Part shown: in pieces, positions 1-12,982 of the stretch | Position numbering within the stretch: the first letter of the stretch is position 1 | Layout: every line of letters begins with the position of its first letter | DNA from: Basidiobolus meristosporus CBS 931.73 | Taxonomy: Eukaryota > Fungi > Basidiobolomycota | NCBI GenBank assembly: GCA_002104905.1 | Contig: MCFE01000552.1 | Span: 1 to 59,217, forward strand | Length of the DNA: 59,217 nt | Direction of reading: 5' to 3' | The notes under the pieces: model-generated | Seen by the model: only the letters and a program-made list of their open reading frames with translations | Databases searched by the model: none | Told to the model about the DNA's origin: nothing | Program-made: the position numbers and the translations under genes

Positions 1-779
1 GGTATCTGCCACTCAAAATGCATCATAAATGCTCCAGACAATGTTTATATGTGTTTGTTTTAATACAAATAAAAACATTGGAAGAGCTGAATATATAACT
101 ATTTCAGTGGCCTTCAAAAGCAACTTCTACACACAGTATATTAAGAGTGTTAGAAGTCTTATATTGGCACTTAAGGGATATTTATCCAGGAGAAGATCAA
201 TGAAACCAATTTGGTATATCCACAAATTTTATGCAAGGTGCTTATGATGGTAATTGCTCAGCTATTCCACAATCATTAAGAGAAGTGCGCAGATTTGTGC
301 TGTTATTGTATTCATTCTCTAGTCCAACTTGCTTGGTGTGTGGGGAGTATTAGGCCATGCCTGAGCTTTTGGGAGCTTCCTACAGAGCAGATGTGTAGGA
401 AATAGGGAAGCAAGTCAAGTTGCAGGTCCTATCATATCCCAACTCTATTAGGACAGTAGCCAACAAGTCCAACATGGATGTGATGAGTTGGCATAGAGAG
501 GACTGCCATCTAAAGTTGAAAAATAATGAGAACAGATGCAAGCATGTAGACTCCTATACCTTTAGCAATACAAATTCAGGCTGTCATAATGTGCAGGTAA
601 TCAGTTAGATAACTCATGCTTGGCTGAGATACAAAAAGCAATAAATATATATTGGTATTACGCCACCAAAGTATGCAAGTTTTCTCCTGAGTACAAGCTA
701 ATCTTTACACCTTTGATACAAATACATACAAGCATGAGTCAGAGTACACCTACAAGAGGGACTGGAATCCATCAGGGTC
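1..779 (+). mobile_element. Degenerate CMC/EnSpm-type transposase fragment (copy C1)
   Basis: Homologous to 31540-32330 and 19600-20130 (e.g. ...GKQVKLQVLSYPNSIRTVANKSNMDVMSWH...). Many stops. Ends where a copia polypurine tract (actccccctc) begins at ~781. Confidence 0.75.
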
Positions 780-989
780 CACTCCCCCTCAACTTAATAA
801 TTTCTTACTCCAATTTACTCTCTGATGTTCTCCAATTGTGGCCTAGCTAGTAGCTTGCTCAAAATATCTACCATCATATTGTCAGTTGGGCAGTCAACTA
901 GCTCTACTAAGTTATTTTATACAGCTTCCCTCACAGAGTGGTGTTGTATATATATGTGCTTAGTTGTGGTATGATTAGTAGGGTTCCTA

Positions 990-1357
990 TGTTACAAGTC
1001 TTGGTATAAGAGTTGTAGAGGAATAGGGAGTTTAGCTAGTATTGTATTCACTAAAACTTGAACTGATTTTTATTGAGGTTCCAGCAGCTCCTTATATACA
1101 TTTTGCCAGATCAATTGCTGACTAATTGTATTTCCTAATGTAGGTTGTGGCTGATGACTCATTTGATTGCATCATCATCACCCAATAAGATCTTACTTAA
1201 TATATCTATTTCTGTCTGATAAGGATCTGCTGATTCATTTGCTGACTAATGCTACTGATTTCATGGATAATACTGATATACTGATAACCTAAACATATAC
1301 TAATTGATTTGACTAAAAACTGATCTAATTTAAACATTCAAGTGGCAGATCATAACA
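990..1357 (-). repeat. Gypsy-1 3' LTR
   Basis: tgttacaag...cataaca; direct repeat of 5559-5926; adjacent to the PPT. Confidence 0.95.
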
Positions 1358-1367
1358 TTCTCCCCTA

Positions 1368-2390
1368 CTAAAGTTGAGAGGGTTCTCCTGAATCTCTTTT
1401 CTTGTGATACCAATATCTTGATGGTTCAGTATTATCAGCAAGTCTTGCAAGCTTGAGTCTGTCCCTATGCACTAAGTCTTCCTGGATATTGCCTTGTTTG
1501 TCCATCAGTTGGTAAGCTGCAAATGGACATTCTCTGATGATCTTGAATGGTCCTGTCCATTGTGGCTCAAACTTCTTCTGAGTGTTGTTTCTTAGCAATA
1601 CAAAGTTCCCAACTGTCAATGCTTCTGGTGTTATAGTCTTATCAAATCTCTGCTTCATCTTTTCTGCACTTTGAGATACTTTGATCTGTGCCTCTTGACG
1701 TCTTTGTTCCAGTTGCTGGTGTCTACTTGGCTGACTGAGTTCATCTTCTAAGGTGTCTGTAAGCTTTGGTTGTGTGAGATCTCCTGGAATCCTTGGTTCA
1801 CATCCATAAACTAAGTAAAATGGTGATTGCTGGGTGGTGTTATGTACTCTGACTCTGCATGCAAAGAGTGCTTGGTCTATATACTCATCCCATCTACTGA
1901 CAACTCCATTTGCATACTTGGTCAGCATTTTTCCAAATAATCCATTAAACCGCTCAGTGACTCCATTAGTTCTGGGGTGATATGCCGAGGTTTTCAAGTG
2001 TCTGATCTGCTGCATTTCCAGGTAAGCTTCTAATGTCTTTGCCATAAAGTTTGCACCTCTATTGGATAAGATCTCCACAGGGCATCCAAACTTCATCAGG
2101 ATCTCATGGTAAATGAAACTTGCAACTTCTTGTTCACTGGCTATTGGTACAGCTTTAGCAACTGGCCATTTAGTGGCATGGTCAATTGCTGCTAGGATCC
2201 AACGGTTGCATTTCCTGGTAGTTGGCAGTCCTCCAATAAAGTCAATTCCCCATCACTCAAATGGTCTTACAGGCTCCAAAGGAAAGAGTTTGGCAATTCT
2301 TTGTGGCTGGCCTTGATTGATTTGGCAGTTTGGGCATGTTTTCACTAGCTTCTCAATATCTTGTTTCATTCTGGGCCACCATGCTCTGGC
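1368..2390 (-). pseudogene. Gypsy-1 integrase (frameshift near 2400, stop near 2255)
   Basis: Zn finger HHRYGH...CPNC, WGIDF, ILSNRGANF, YHPRTNGVTERFN and GPY/F motif (WTGPFKI). No chromodomain. Confidence 0.9.
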
Positions 2391-2392
2391 TT

Positions 2393-5356
2393 TCACAAGG
2401 CTATAGGTTCCTTCAATCCAAGATGTCCGTATCTGTGGTGTAGCTTATGTATTAAATCCAGGCAAGAAACATAAGGGCAATAGGCAATAGGGCTTCCATC
2501 AACAATTTGGTAGAGTGTTTCATCCTGTACTACAAATTTGCTGGCTTCATCATGGATGATCTTCTTGATATCTTCATCCACCTCATTAGGAATGGCTTGG
2601 TCCTCCAAGTACTTTGGTAATAGGCTAGGCCAATCTGATTCATGCACCAAGTTGAGTTGTGCAACTTGATCCAATCTTGATAAGGTGTCAGCAACCGTGT
2701 TGTTTTTTCCAGGGCAGTAGACAATCTCCAGGTCAAATTGCTGAATGTATTCACTCCATCTTGTCATTCTTCTAGAGAGTACTTTCTGAGTATATATATA
2801 CTTGAGGGAGGCATGATCAGTCTTCACAGTGCATTTGACTCCTTCAATATAGCATCTCCATGTCTTCAAACAGTGTATTATAGCAAATATCTCCTTCTCA
2901 TGGACTGGATAGTTTTGTTCTGCTGAGTTCAGTTTCTTGGATTCAAAGGCAACAGGGTAGTCCTTTCCCTTGTGTTCTTGGCTCAGCACTCCACCAATTG
3001 CATAATCTGAAGCATCTGTGCACAGAGTGAACTCTTTTCTATAGTCTGGTATTCTTAAGCTTGGCAGCTTAGCAAGTTCATACTTGAGCGTCTGGAAGGC
3101 AGTCTCACAAGCTATGTCCCACTTATAGGTATTGTCTTTCTTGAGGATATCAGTTAAAGGGGCTGCAATACTTGCAAAAGACTTGACAAATCTCTGATAA
3201 TAGGAAACCATTCCAAGGAATGATCTGAGTTCTGATATGCTATGGGGCTGCTTCAAACTCCTGATTACTTCCACCTTCTTGGGGTCTAAGGTTACTCCTG
3301 TGCTAGTCACTATGTGTCCCAGGTATTCAATGTGTTCCTTGAAGAATTCACACTTGGCTAGCTTGCCATATAGCTTGTTCTCTCTTAGTTTCTTCAAGAC
3401 CTTTTCAATCTGCACTACATGATCCTCTTCTGTCTTGCTGTATATAAATATGTCATCCAGGTAGATTATCACAAACTTGTCTAAGTACTCCTGAAAAACA
3501 GTTTGCATCAGCGTCATGAATGTTGCAGGGGCATTAGTGAGGCCAAAGCTCATGACAAAGTACTTGTAATGTCCATATCTGGTCCTAAATGCTGTCTTAG
3601 GAATATCTTCTGGTTTCACCCTAATTTGGTTGTATCCCGACATGAGGTCAATCTTGCTGAAAATAGTGGCTCCATTAAGTTGGTCCAAAAGCTCATCAAT
3701 CCAAGGTATGGGGTACTTATTCTTGACAGTAACTGAGTTCAGGGCTCTGTAGTCAATGCACATCCTAAGTGTTCCATCCTTCTTTTTCACAAAAAGCACT
3801 GGTGCTCCCCAGGGTGACTTGCTGGGCCTGATGTATCCTTGCTCCAATAGCTGATCAATTTGTCTCTTCATTTCCTCCAATTTCAATGGACTCATTCTGT
3901 AAGGTGTCTTGCTCACTGGAGGGCTATCTCCTGTGTCAATGGCATGATCCACGTCTCTGACTGGTGGTAGGCTTACAAGCTCATCTGGAAACACATCTGA
4001 ATATTTCTTCAAGAGAGTCTGGACATGCTGGGGTGTTGGGGTAGAGGAATCCTCCTGTAATACCACCATGAGGAACATCTTGGTACCTTTTCTAAGTGCT
4101 CTACAGAACTGGGTCTTGCTAAGCTCACTTGTCTCACACACACTGGAATTGACCAAGTTGAAATCCAGCCTGGCAGGTAATAGCTCATAGATCTTGCTGT
4201 CTTTTTGGATCTGAGTAGCATGGGTTCTCCAGTTGATTGATGGATTACGACAAAATAGCCAAGTTTTTCCAAGTACAAGGTCAAACTTGCAGTTCCCAAA
4301 TATATAAGCCTGTAGGTCTTCTTCATAGTCATTGATCTTCATTCTTACTGGCTGGGTAATACGGTTGATTATGAGAGAGTTCCCATCAGCTGTGGAGACT
4401 GAAGTTGATTTGGTAGGTTCTGAGTTGATTCCAGCTATCAAGGCAAATTGCTCTGACATGTACTCATGCAATGCTCCTGAGTCAATCATGATCTTGGCAG
4501 GTACTCCATTGATTACTCCATTCAAGTACAATAACTTCACTGAGTTTGAAGTCATTTGGGACAAGTACTCTTCTGTCATATGGAAGGTGAGTTCCAAGTC
4601 TTCTTCAAGCTCATCTTCCACATTACTGTGTTCATGGGACTCAATATGGTTAAAGGTTCTTGTTGGCTGGTGTCCATTTTGTCTCTGAGGGCAGTACTTT
4701 GCAATATGTCTTTGCTGGTGGCAATTGAAGCAAAGTCCTTTCTTCTTACATTCTTCTGAGGTAGGATTCTTCTGCATAGCGTCTATTTCCATTGGTACTG
4801 CTTCTGATTGTCTTCTTTCATAATGATTATAGCCTTTCTGATTAGTTACTGTAGGCTTCCCAACTCCAAACATAGCTGAGTCATAGTCAATGGCAATCTT
4901 GATGGCTTCTTCAATAGTCTGAGGTCTTTGGTAATTCACTTTCTTGCAAGTTCTTTCTTTCAACCCATCAATAAAGTATTCAACATGATCCAAGGGGTCC
5001 ATTCTTTCAATTTGTCCAAGTAGACATCTGTACTCATAGATGTATTCTTGCACCATTCCTTTCTGTCTGAGTGTCTTTAACTTCCTTCTTAGTAGTGTCT
5101 GCTGGTGTGGAGGTTGAAAAGCATCCTGAATTTCCGACACAAACTCATCCCAGGTAGAGATTGTAGAGCATCCCATCATAGTGGCCAACCTGATCTTGTT
5201 GTGGTACCACTGTAAGGCTCCATCTGCCAGGTAAGAAGCTGCATAATGCAACTTGCTTTCTGGAGCAATTCCTTTAGCTTTAAAAGCTACTTCAATCTGG
5301 AAGAGCCAAGTTCCCAGGTTTTCATTGACTCTGCCATGGTACCAGTTGACCTTCAC
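2393..5356 (-). CDS. Gypsy-1 gag-pol polyprotein (gag, CCHC knuckle, protease, RT, RNase H), 987 aa open
   Basis: CFNCHQQRHIAKYC, IDSGA, SPWGAPVLFVKKKDG, YLDD, CTDASDYAIGGVL. No stop between gag and pol. Confidence 0.95.
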   Translation of the reverse strand: MKVNWYHGRVNENLGTWLFQIEVAFKAKGIAPESKLHYAASYLADGALQWYHNKIRLATMMGCSTISTWDEFVSEIQDAFQPPHQQTLLRRKLKTLRQKGMVQEYIYEYRCLLGQIERMDPLDHVEYFIDGLKERTCKKVNYQRPQTIEEAIKIAIDYDSAMFGVGKPTVTNQKGYNHYERRQSEAVPMEIDAMQKNPTSEECKKKGLCFNCHQQRHIAKYCPQRQNGHQPTRTFNHIESHEHSNVEDELEEDLELTFHMTEEYLSQMTSNSVKLLYLNGVINGVPAKIMIDSGALHEYMSEQFALIAGINSEPTKSTSVSTADGNSLIINRITQPVRMKINDYEEDLQAYIFGNCKFDLVLGKTWLFCRNPSINWRTHATQIQKDSKIYELLPARLDFNLVNSSVCETSELSKTQFCRALRKGTKMFLMVVLQEDSSTPTPQHVQTLLKKYSDVFPDELVSLPPVRDVDHAIDTGDSPPVSKTPYRMSPLKLEEMKRQIDQLLEQGYIRPSKSPWGAPVLFVKKKDGTLRMCIDYRALNSVTVKNKYPIPWIDELLDQLNGATIFSKIDLMSGYNQIRVKPEDIPKTAFRTRYGHYKYFVMSFGLTNAPATFMTLMQTVFQEYLDKFVIIYLDDIFIYSKTEEDHVVQIEKVLKKLRENKLYGKLAKCEFFKEHIEYLGHIVTSTGVTLDPKKVEVIRSLKQPHSISELRSFLGMVSYYQRFVKSFASIAAPLTDILKKDNTYKWDIACETAFQTLKYELAKLPSLRIPDYRKEFTLCTDASDYAIGGVLSQEHKGKDYPVAFESKKLNSAEQNYPVHEKEIFAIIHCLKTWRCYIEGVKCTVKTDHASLKYIYTQKVLSRRMTRWSEYIQQFDLEIVYCPGKNNTVADTLSRLDQVAQLNLVHESDWPSLLPKYLEDQAIPNEVDEDIKKIIHDEASKFVVQDETLYQIVDGSPIAYCPYVSCLDLIHKLHHRYGHLGLKEPIAL

Positions 5357-5558
5357 ACTAAAGTTGCTCTTGACAGTGCTTTGCTGGCTCTAAGCCATGG
5401 TTGTCATTCCTTGTTGCTGTTGGCTGAGGATCTGGAGTAACTGTTGCTGTTGGGCCAGGATTTGCTGCATGGCATTCTTCCATTCCTGATTGTCCGACAT
5501 CTTGAGGGTGGTTTCTTCTTTCTTCAGCAGGGAGGTTTCTGGTTATTGCTGCTACCAA

Positions 5559-5926
5559 TGTTACAAATCTTGGTATAAGAGTTGTAGAGGAATAGGGAGT
5601 TTAGCTAGTATTGTATTCACTAAAACTTGAACCAATTTCTATTGAGGTTCCAGCAGCTCCTTATATACATTTTGCCAGATCAATTGCTGACTAATTGTAT
5701 TTCCTAATGTAGGTTGTGGCTGATGACTCATTTGATTGCATCATCATCACCCAATAAGATCTTACTTAATATATCTATTTCTGTCTGATAAGGATCTGCT
5801 GATTCATTTGCTGACTAATGCTACTGATTTCATGGATAATACTGATATAATGATAACCCAAACATATACTAATTGATTTGACTAAAAACTGATCTAATTT
5901 AAACATTCAAGCGGCAGATCATAACA
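5559..5926 (-). repeat. Gypsy-1 5' LTR
   Basis: Direct repeat of 990-1357; followed on the minus strand by the PBS. Confidence 0.95.
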
Positions 5927-7989
5927 CCTAGCTAGTGAATTATAACTTTGAATATCCTTTTAAATACATGATGGTTTATCTGAACTAAAACCCAAATCTT
6001 TGAGTAGTTTTTATAGCCATATAGCCACCTTAGTTTCTGGACAAGCAGCCAAATACTCCGCTTCAGTCGTAGATAGGGCCAGAGTAAGTTGTTTCTTGCA
6101 ATTTCAAGTAATAGCTGCACTAGCATAAAGAAATACATACCCTATGGTAGGGCCTCTGTTGGTAGGATCCCTGCCCCAAGCTAAGTCACCATAACCATCA
6201 AAATCTTGCCTATGAGCAGCTCCAGAGTATTACAGTACCATTCACATGGTACCTTGAAGATATCTGAAAATTAGCATAATGGCTGCAATTTGATCTGATC
6301 TATATTTTGCATTAATGACTGACTATTTGAACTGCCACTGCAATATCCTGACATGTAGACAGCAACCAGCTCATCAGGCTACCAGCCATTGATTGAATGG
6401 GAAAGTTCTAGTCCTTAATTGAGCCATTTTTGCCTAAAACTGACTGAAATTTGCTCAGTTTCAAGATGATGTCTATGGGGGTAGTTGCAGGCTTGCAATT
6501 TCCCATTTAGAAGCATCAAAGACTGTCCTTGATGTACTTAAGCTGATTCAGCACAATTTTCTGGGTAGGTATGTCAGACTTGACTTCAATTCTAAGAAAG
6601 TTACCCAGATCATTCATCTTGAACTTGCTGGAGAGATCAGACTTGTCTGTCTAAGCACCTTCTGGTCTTGAGTAGCTACTACAAGGTTGTTCACATTAAG
6701 AACTAGGATGATCACACCTTTTTTGAGCTGCTTGACATATATATTGTGATTGGCAGTACCACAAATAATCTCAATCTCCTTCAGATATGTGTTGATCTTG
6801 TGATACCATGCTCTAGGTGCCTGCTTAAGCCCATACAACAATTTGTTAGGTCTGCACACCTGGTGGGAGCCTTTTAGAATGGCAAAACCATCTGGGTGCT
6901 CCATATAGAGAGCTTCTTGTAGATCCCTGTTTAGAAAGACTGTTTTCATGTTCATTTGGTGTAGTTCTGTGTACAGCTGCCAGGGCTAGAAATGTCCTAA
7001 AGGAGTTAAGCTTTGTAACCAGAGTAAATGTTCCCTTAGAGTCTAGTCCCTAGATCTGGGAATAGTCTGTGTATCTGGAAATAGCCTTAAGCCACCAATC
7101 TAGCCTTGTATTTATCAACAATGCCATTTGAAGATATCTTGAACTTGTGGACTCATCTACATCCTTTTGCCTTTCTCTGATTTGATAAATCTACCAACTC
7201 CCACATTTGTGCCCTGATCAGTGATTGGTAGTCCTTCTGCATGGCTTGTTACCACGTTGTAGCATCTGGTCATTGCATTGCATATTTCAGATTGTGAGGC
7301 ACATAAGGCAAGATAAGCTTCTTTACAATCATTGGATGTCTGCCACCAGGATCCAGGGGCATTTCTTATCCTGGTAGATCTCCTAACTGGGATAATCTGC
7401 TCTGTTCAGGAACTGGTAGAATTAGCTTCTGTATCTGGCTGAGTTAGGAATATATCTTCTTCAAAATGCTGATTGCATCATCAAGCAGCTGGGCAATGAT
7501 TTCAGTGGCTTTCTGATCTGAATTCTCTAAATACAGCATCCCTGCTCTTGGTTAGATTCTAAATTTTGCCATCATACAATCTATACCCTTTAGTATTCTC
7601 AACATACCCAAGAAAGATCCTTTTCTCACTCTTTAGCTCCAACTTTGGGCATTTTCTGTCAGGGATATGATAAATAGCATCACTGCCACAGATCCTCAGG
7701 TGCTGGAGGTCTGGTATAGTGTATGTATATGCTTCAAAGGGTGTAAAGTCTAGTAGTGCTGTTACTGGGCATCTATTTGTGATGTATACCATTGTAGCAA
7801 CAGATGCAGCCCAAAACTCTTAGTCCATTCCATTATCATGTAGTATTGATCTTCCCATCATTACTATTGTTGAGTTTAAATGTTTTCTACTTCATTTTGC
7901 TGTGGAATATGTGGAGCAGTGGTCTGTTCAAGTATACCAGTAGATGAGCAATATTTTGCAAATAAGTATTACTGCTGTAATGCTCTGTT

Positions 7990-9690
7990 TCCATGACTCC
8001 AGCATGAACCCTACAGCTTTATGCCACTGCTCATCCACTGGTTCCCATATGTCCTGGTCTGCAGCCAGTACTGCAAGGTCTAGCACCTCATCTGTCAGTC
8101 ATTGCAATAAATCCCTGCAATATTCAAGTGTGTTTTCTTGGGCACAGCTGTTGAATAGGTGCAAAAACCTCACAATATGTGTATTGATGTTCCAAAACTC
8201 CACTGAAGGCACCTTAATAACCTTGTGAGGTCTTAACACTGCTACTTTGTCCGTTGGTGGGATCTTCACTCTGTCAACACTGGAAGCTGTGGAGGCAGTA
8301 GTAGACAAGTTGCCTTTCTCTTCAAAGTCATGTACCTACTGGAGTGTAGCTCAACTGGATACACTTAAAACTCACACTAAAACAGCAGTTTTTTTGTTTG
8401 TAATTCTCCTTAGCTATGATGGGATTCAGTCTGTTCTAGGCTTACAGCATATATTGCTAAGAACTGTGGCTTGTTTCTCACACTTCCCTGTCTCTGGATT
8501 GTGTATACATTTCCCCTTTTTGTTTCCTTTATCATAGCTGGGTCCTTCACTGCTACTGTATCTCAGTGCTTCTTGTATTGAACTTTGTTTTTTTCCCTGA
8601 TGACTGCTGCTCTGATTCATCTGTGCTGGCCTGCTTGTCCCTTGCTGTTGCTCTACAGTCAACCTGCCACTTTATTCCCACTTGTTTTGAGCTCTAACCC
8701 CATGCTGTGAGAGGCTCTTGAGGTAGCCGCTTGCTTTTATTATTGCCAGTTCCTTCACTGCCACTTTGACTGAGTGCTGCTCTAGTGAGGTATACTTTTT
8801 TCTTGATATATGTTATGCGGCTGCATCTATGTCTGGCTGCTTGTCTCTCACTGGCACTCTGCCAGCTGCCTGATGTCTCTTTGATGCTTGTTTGGAGCTT
8901 TGGGCCTTGCTTATAATGGGCTCTTGAGGAAGCAGCCAGTTGTTAGCCATTGCATCCTTGTTCTTGTGCCTTAGATAGTTTCTGTTATTCTTGAGATAGT
9001 TTCTTAGCATACTAGTGCTGACCCAAAATTGGTTTGCATGTTTGCATCTAGACAATGCTCATGGAACAGGTGAAGTGCATCTGGCTTGGCCTTGGGTTTC
9101 TGATGGTCCTATGGTAAGCCACTCTTAGGGTGTTGGTGTGCCAGACTTCTAACCAGCTCTTCAATATTAGCCCACTCTTCATCATTGCACTCAGTGCCTT
9201 CATAGATCATCAATGTCTTTTGATTTTTAGGCTTTGGTATAAACACTGCAGCTTTTCCCTTCCATGCTGCAATAGGTGCTATTGTGTGCTTTATTCATGG
9301 GTACTGATGTTGGGCTTCAAGGACTGTACAGTATTCCTCTGCTGCTATATTGGGAAATGACTCAATACAAGGTTGTAACATTATTAAGCTACTTAAATTC
9401 CTTTGTTGCAGTAAATATACTGCTTTCCCTAACTGGGATATTGATTGCTATACACCTTTATCCCCTCATGCTGCTTCTAGAATATTACCTGATTTCTCTG
9501 GGCCAATTCATCTGTCCCTTCAGCCACTGCACCAGCTGCCTTGTTAATGCTTTGGTATGAGCTGACAACATACATGATTATTCAGGTGGTGATGTTACAA
9601 CAGCTACCTAGTGGTTTTCACTGTAGATACTGCAATTGTAATATTCTTTTCAGCCTCAGGATTATGGTCTGCTTGCAGCACCAAAGAGAT
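7990..9690 (-). pseudogene. Degenerate orphan ORF (coiled-coil plus low-complexity plus possible gag-like C-terminal part)
   Basis: Minus-strand reading is conserved with a second copy at 12983-13552 (SAHTKAL.QL.AV...AQRNQ.I; QSISQ..KAV.LLQ). Broken by stops and frameshifts; no motif I can name. Confidence 0.45.
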
Positions 9691-9699
9691 ATCCAGTTG

Positions 9700-11661
9700 C
9701 CTGCTTATCCCTGTATTGCTGACTAAGTTGTACATGGAGCATTTCAAACTAAATGTGTCATTTGATATACCGGAGATATTTGAAAGAACTGGCAAGATAT
9801 TGCAGAGTATCTGCTACCCTAAGTACATCTCACAAGCTCCAATCAGCATTCATAAGCATATGCAACAATACAAATGCAAAGACTGGATGAACTGGATATA
9901 TATTAATTAAAGTGGAGTTTTGAAGCCATTCCTACAAAGAGTTCATTGGGAGCATTGCAAGTCATATGTGGACATTGTAGGAATGTTTATCCAGAAGCAG
10001 ATCACCAGTGCCAAGTTGACACATCTACAGCTGTTGTGTGAGGAGTTTGTGACAGGATTTGAGTGGCTATACTACAAGCATAAAGCTGAATGCATAAGAA
10101 ATTTGAAAGAATTGGCAAGATATTACAGAGTATCCACTACCTTAAGTACTTTTCACAGGCTCCAATTAATATTCATATGCATATGCTACAATACAAATGC
10201 AAGGACTGGATGAACAGGATATGTATTTAGTCAAGTAGCCTTCTGAAGCCATTTCTACCAAGAGTACTTTGGAAGCTTTGGGATCAAATGTGGACACTGT
10301 AGGAATATTTATCCAGAAGCAGATCATGAATACAAACTTGAGGGACCTACAGTTTTGTGCAAGGAGTCTGTCATGGGATTTGAGCGGCTATACACTAAGC
10401 ATATAGCTGAATCATAGATCTCTGATGCTACTGTGTTCATTTTCTACTCCATCTTGCTTAGTGGATTGTAAATATTGAGTCTTGCATCACCTTTTTGTAG
10501 TTTTCAATTGAGCAGAAGTGTAGGTAGATAGGAATGACAAGTCAAGTAGCAGGTATTTCAATATCCTATCACTTCAAGAATATCACCCTTGAGTCTGTCA
10601 GGGATGTGATGAGTTGGCACATAGAAGACAGTCAGGAAGAGATGGAAAATACTGAGGACAGATGCGCACATGGAGACACCTATGCCTATTACATTAAGAA
10701 GCTAAGCAGCCCCAATGCATGTGTAATCAGCCAAGTAATGCAAAGTTGGGTGGCATGCAACAGGCAACTAACTTCTATTAGAAAGTCTCTACCAAGGTAT
10801 ACTGAATTTCTCATGGGCACAAGGCAACATCTACACCATTTGATATGGAATTCACACAAACAAGAGACACAGTACACCTATAAGGGGGACCAGAATCCAG
10901 CAGGGAGAAGGAATATAATGGCCAATTAACAAGAAGTTCTTTGCAGAAAATCTAGGGGGTATTCATGGCAGAAGTGGCAACAACCAAGCATATGTTTGCA
11001 GATGTATATGTTACCAGTAATACAAGGTGCATGGCAACTTTGCATGTTTCACACTAAAAAGCCATATACTTGAGAAAATAGAAGTATGTCAATTGCAGCA
11101 GTATGCATGTATGCAGAGGTTAGTAAGCAGGAAGCCATAGTTTTTTACTCCAACTATATGTGGAATACCCAAGGTAATAGTGGGTAAGCAAAAAAAGAAG
11201 GGTGATTATACCGTGGAATATATGAATTGTACATGGAGGTAGAAATATGAAATACCACTTGATAAATTGGTATGGTAGCATTATACAAAGCTAGCTGTAG
11301 ACCTACATACTGCTGTTATAATGCCATCAAAGTCTTGCAATGAGGTTCTTGAAGCAGCATCAAGTGTCATGCCTTATAAGGCAATTGGATATACTGGCTG
11401 GTTAGATGTAGTGAAATAATCGTGGTACGCACTATGACCACAACAATTCCATGCCACCATTGGCAAAATATCACCAAACACTTTTGTATTATTTAACTTT
11501 ATTTGGCAGCAAAAGTAGCCAAAAGCTGTGGTAGTCCCACCAAAGGATTGTGTAGAGGGTTAATAATTCCAAGCTGCTGGTAATATAATGTTCTCCTGAT
11601 GGGATTTTGACAGCTGATCTGGGTTGGATCCACCTGTGAGACCAACTTATTTTTTATAGGG
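9700..11661 (+). mobile_element. CMC/EnSpm-type transposon, 3' part with right terminus (copy C2)
   Basis: Transposase remnants (PFLQRVHWEHCKSYVDIVGMFIQ...). Ends ...ggatccacctgtgagaccaacttatttttttataggg at 11661. Confidence 0.75.
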
Positions 11662-12982
11662 ACTGTTTGGGGCTCTTTAAAGAACTTTAAGAATTTGCAT
11701 GTTCTGGGTACCCAATATCTTGGTGAAAATATTCTAGGTAAATCCTAACAAAGAGTTTGGTCAGTAATTCTCTAAGGCTTGTAGGTTATGATCTAAGTGA
11801 CTAAATTTGGCAAGTTTCTGGGTGGAATTACAAATTGTTTAAATAATCCCACTCAACTATATGCTCATTCTGACTAGTCCTAATTTTGACCTTAGATATT
11901 CAAATTTTCTCTAGTTAAAGGTTTGATAAATATACCTGCAATGATCTCATCTATATGACAGTAAACTAAGCTAACCAAGCAATACTCTATAACTTCACAT
12001 ATGAAATGATGTCTAATATCTGAGTGCTTAGTTCTAGTATGAAAAGTTGGATTTCCACCTAATTGTATACATCCTTGACTATCTTGAGATAATGAGATAG
12101 GTGTTTTTCAACATAAGATCTTGTTACAAATTCATAGAGCAGTACCTTATGAAGATATCAGTAGTTCCTTTTAGGTACCTAGAAATCCAATTCACTGCTG
12201 CAATGCAATCAGATCCACAGTTCTGATTATGCTGGCTGACAACTTCCTCTAAATATGAGAAATCTAGGCATGTTCCTGGCAAAACATAAATCAGATTGCC
12301 AACTAATGCTTTATAAGGATGGTTGGGGCTTTCAGATGGCACCAAGCAATCTTGATTTGTTTGAGTTCTGACCAAGTTAAGGTTTGTTTACACTGTGGTA
12401 GCTATCAGTTTACAGTCTTCCATTTTGTACTTCTTTAGTATAACTTGATTATACTTGGATTGGTTAGGGATAATATTTTGGGTACTTCTCTCTATGGTTA
12501 GCTTTATCCCTAGGTAGTTATTGAGGTCTCCTTGATAAGGTATCTTGAACTCTTTTGATAGGCTAGATTTAATCTCTTCCAATGTTTCTAGGTTATTGGC
12601 AGCTATAATAAGATCATTCACCAATAGAGCTAGTAGAGCTGGATTTGCTCTGTCTGGCTCATAGTGGATAAAATAGTCAGCAGTACTCCTGAGGGAACTC
12701 AAAGATTCCAAACAAGAATCTATCTTACAATTCCAGGCTCCAAGTAGAAGTTAGAGTCCATAGAGATTTTCAAGCTTACAGGCCAACTGGGGGTTATCTT
12801 GGTTAGTAAACCTATTGGGCTGGTCCCTATACATGTCTTCATCTAGTTCCCCATGCAACAATGCAGCCTTTACATGGGTTTTATGTATAAAAACTTAAGG
12901 GACTTATTGAGGCTGAACCACAGTTGTAGAGTCTTCTGGAGTGAGAAATTATTGTTGTTTTACTGTTATTCAATCCTAACTG
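11662..12982 (-). mobile_element. Degenerate, internally deleted Copia-B copy (RT-RNase H-PPT-partial 3' LTR)
   Basis: ORFs 12124-12375 and 12388-12711 match Copia-B RT. PPT at ~11847-11857. The LTR (11662-11846) is cut by the CMC terminus. Confidence 0.85.

Larger units (their letters stand above)
990..5926 (-). mobile_element. Near-intact Ty3/gypsy LTR retrotransposon (Gypsy-1)
   Basis: 368-bp TG...CA LTRs at 990-1357 and 5559-5926, about 7 differences by eye. 4-bp TSD CCTA (986-989 / 5927-5930). PBS TGGTAGCAGC at 5548-5557 (minus); PPT at 1358-1368. Domain order gag-PR-RT-RH-IN. Confidence 0.97.
780..7980 (-). mobile_element. Old degenerate Ty1/copia element (Copia-A), split by the gypsy at 990-5926
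   Basis: Minus strand shows integrase C-terminus (7559-7792, ...IFLGYVENTKGYRLYD), RT (6614-6955, ...LYGLKQAPRAWYHKI) and RNase H. RNase H reads through the gypsy insertion (...LA|RNPTNHTTTKHI...CPTDNMMVDILSK), followed by the PPT aagttgagggggag. No LTRs recognised. Confidence 0.85.
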
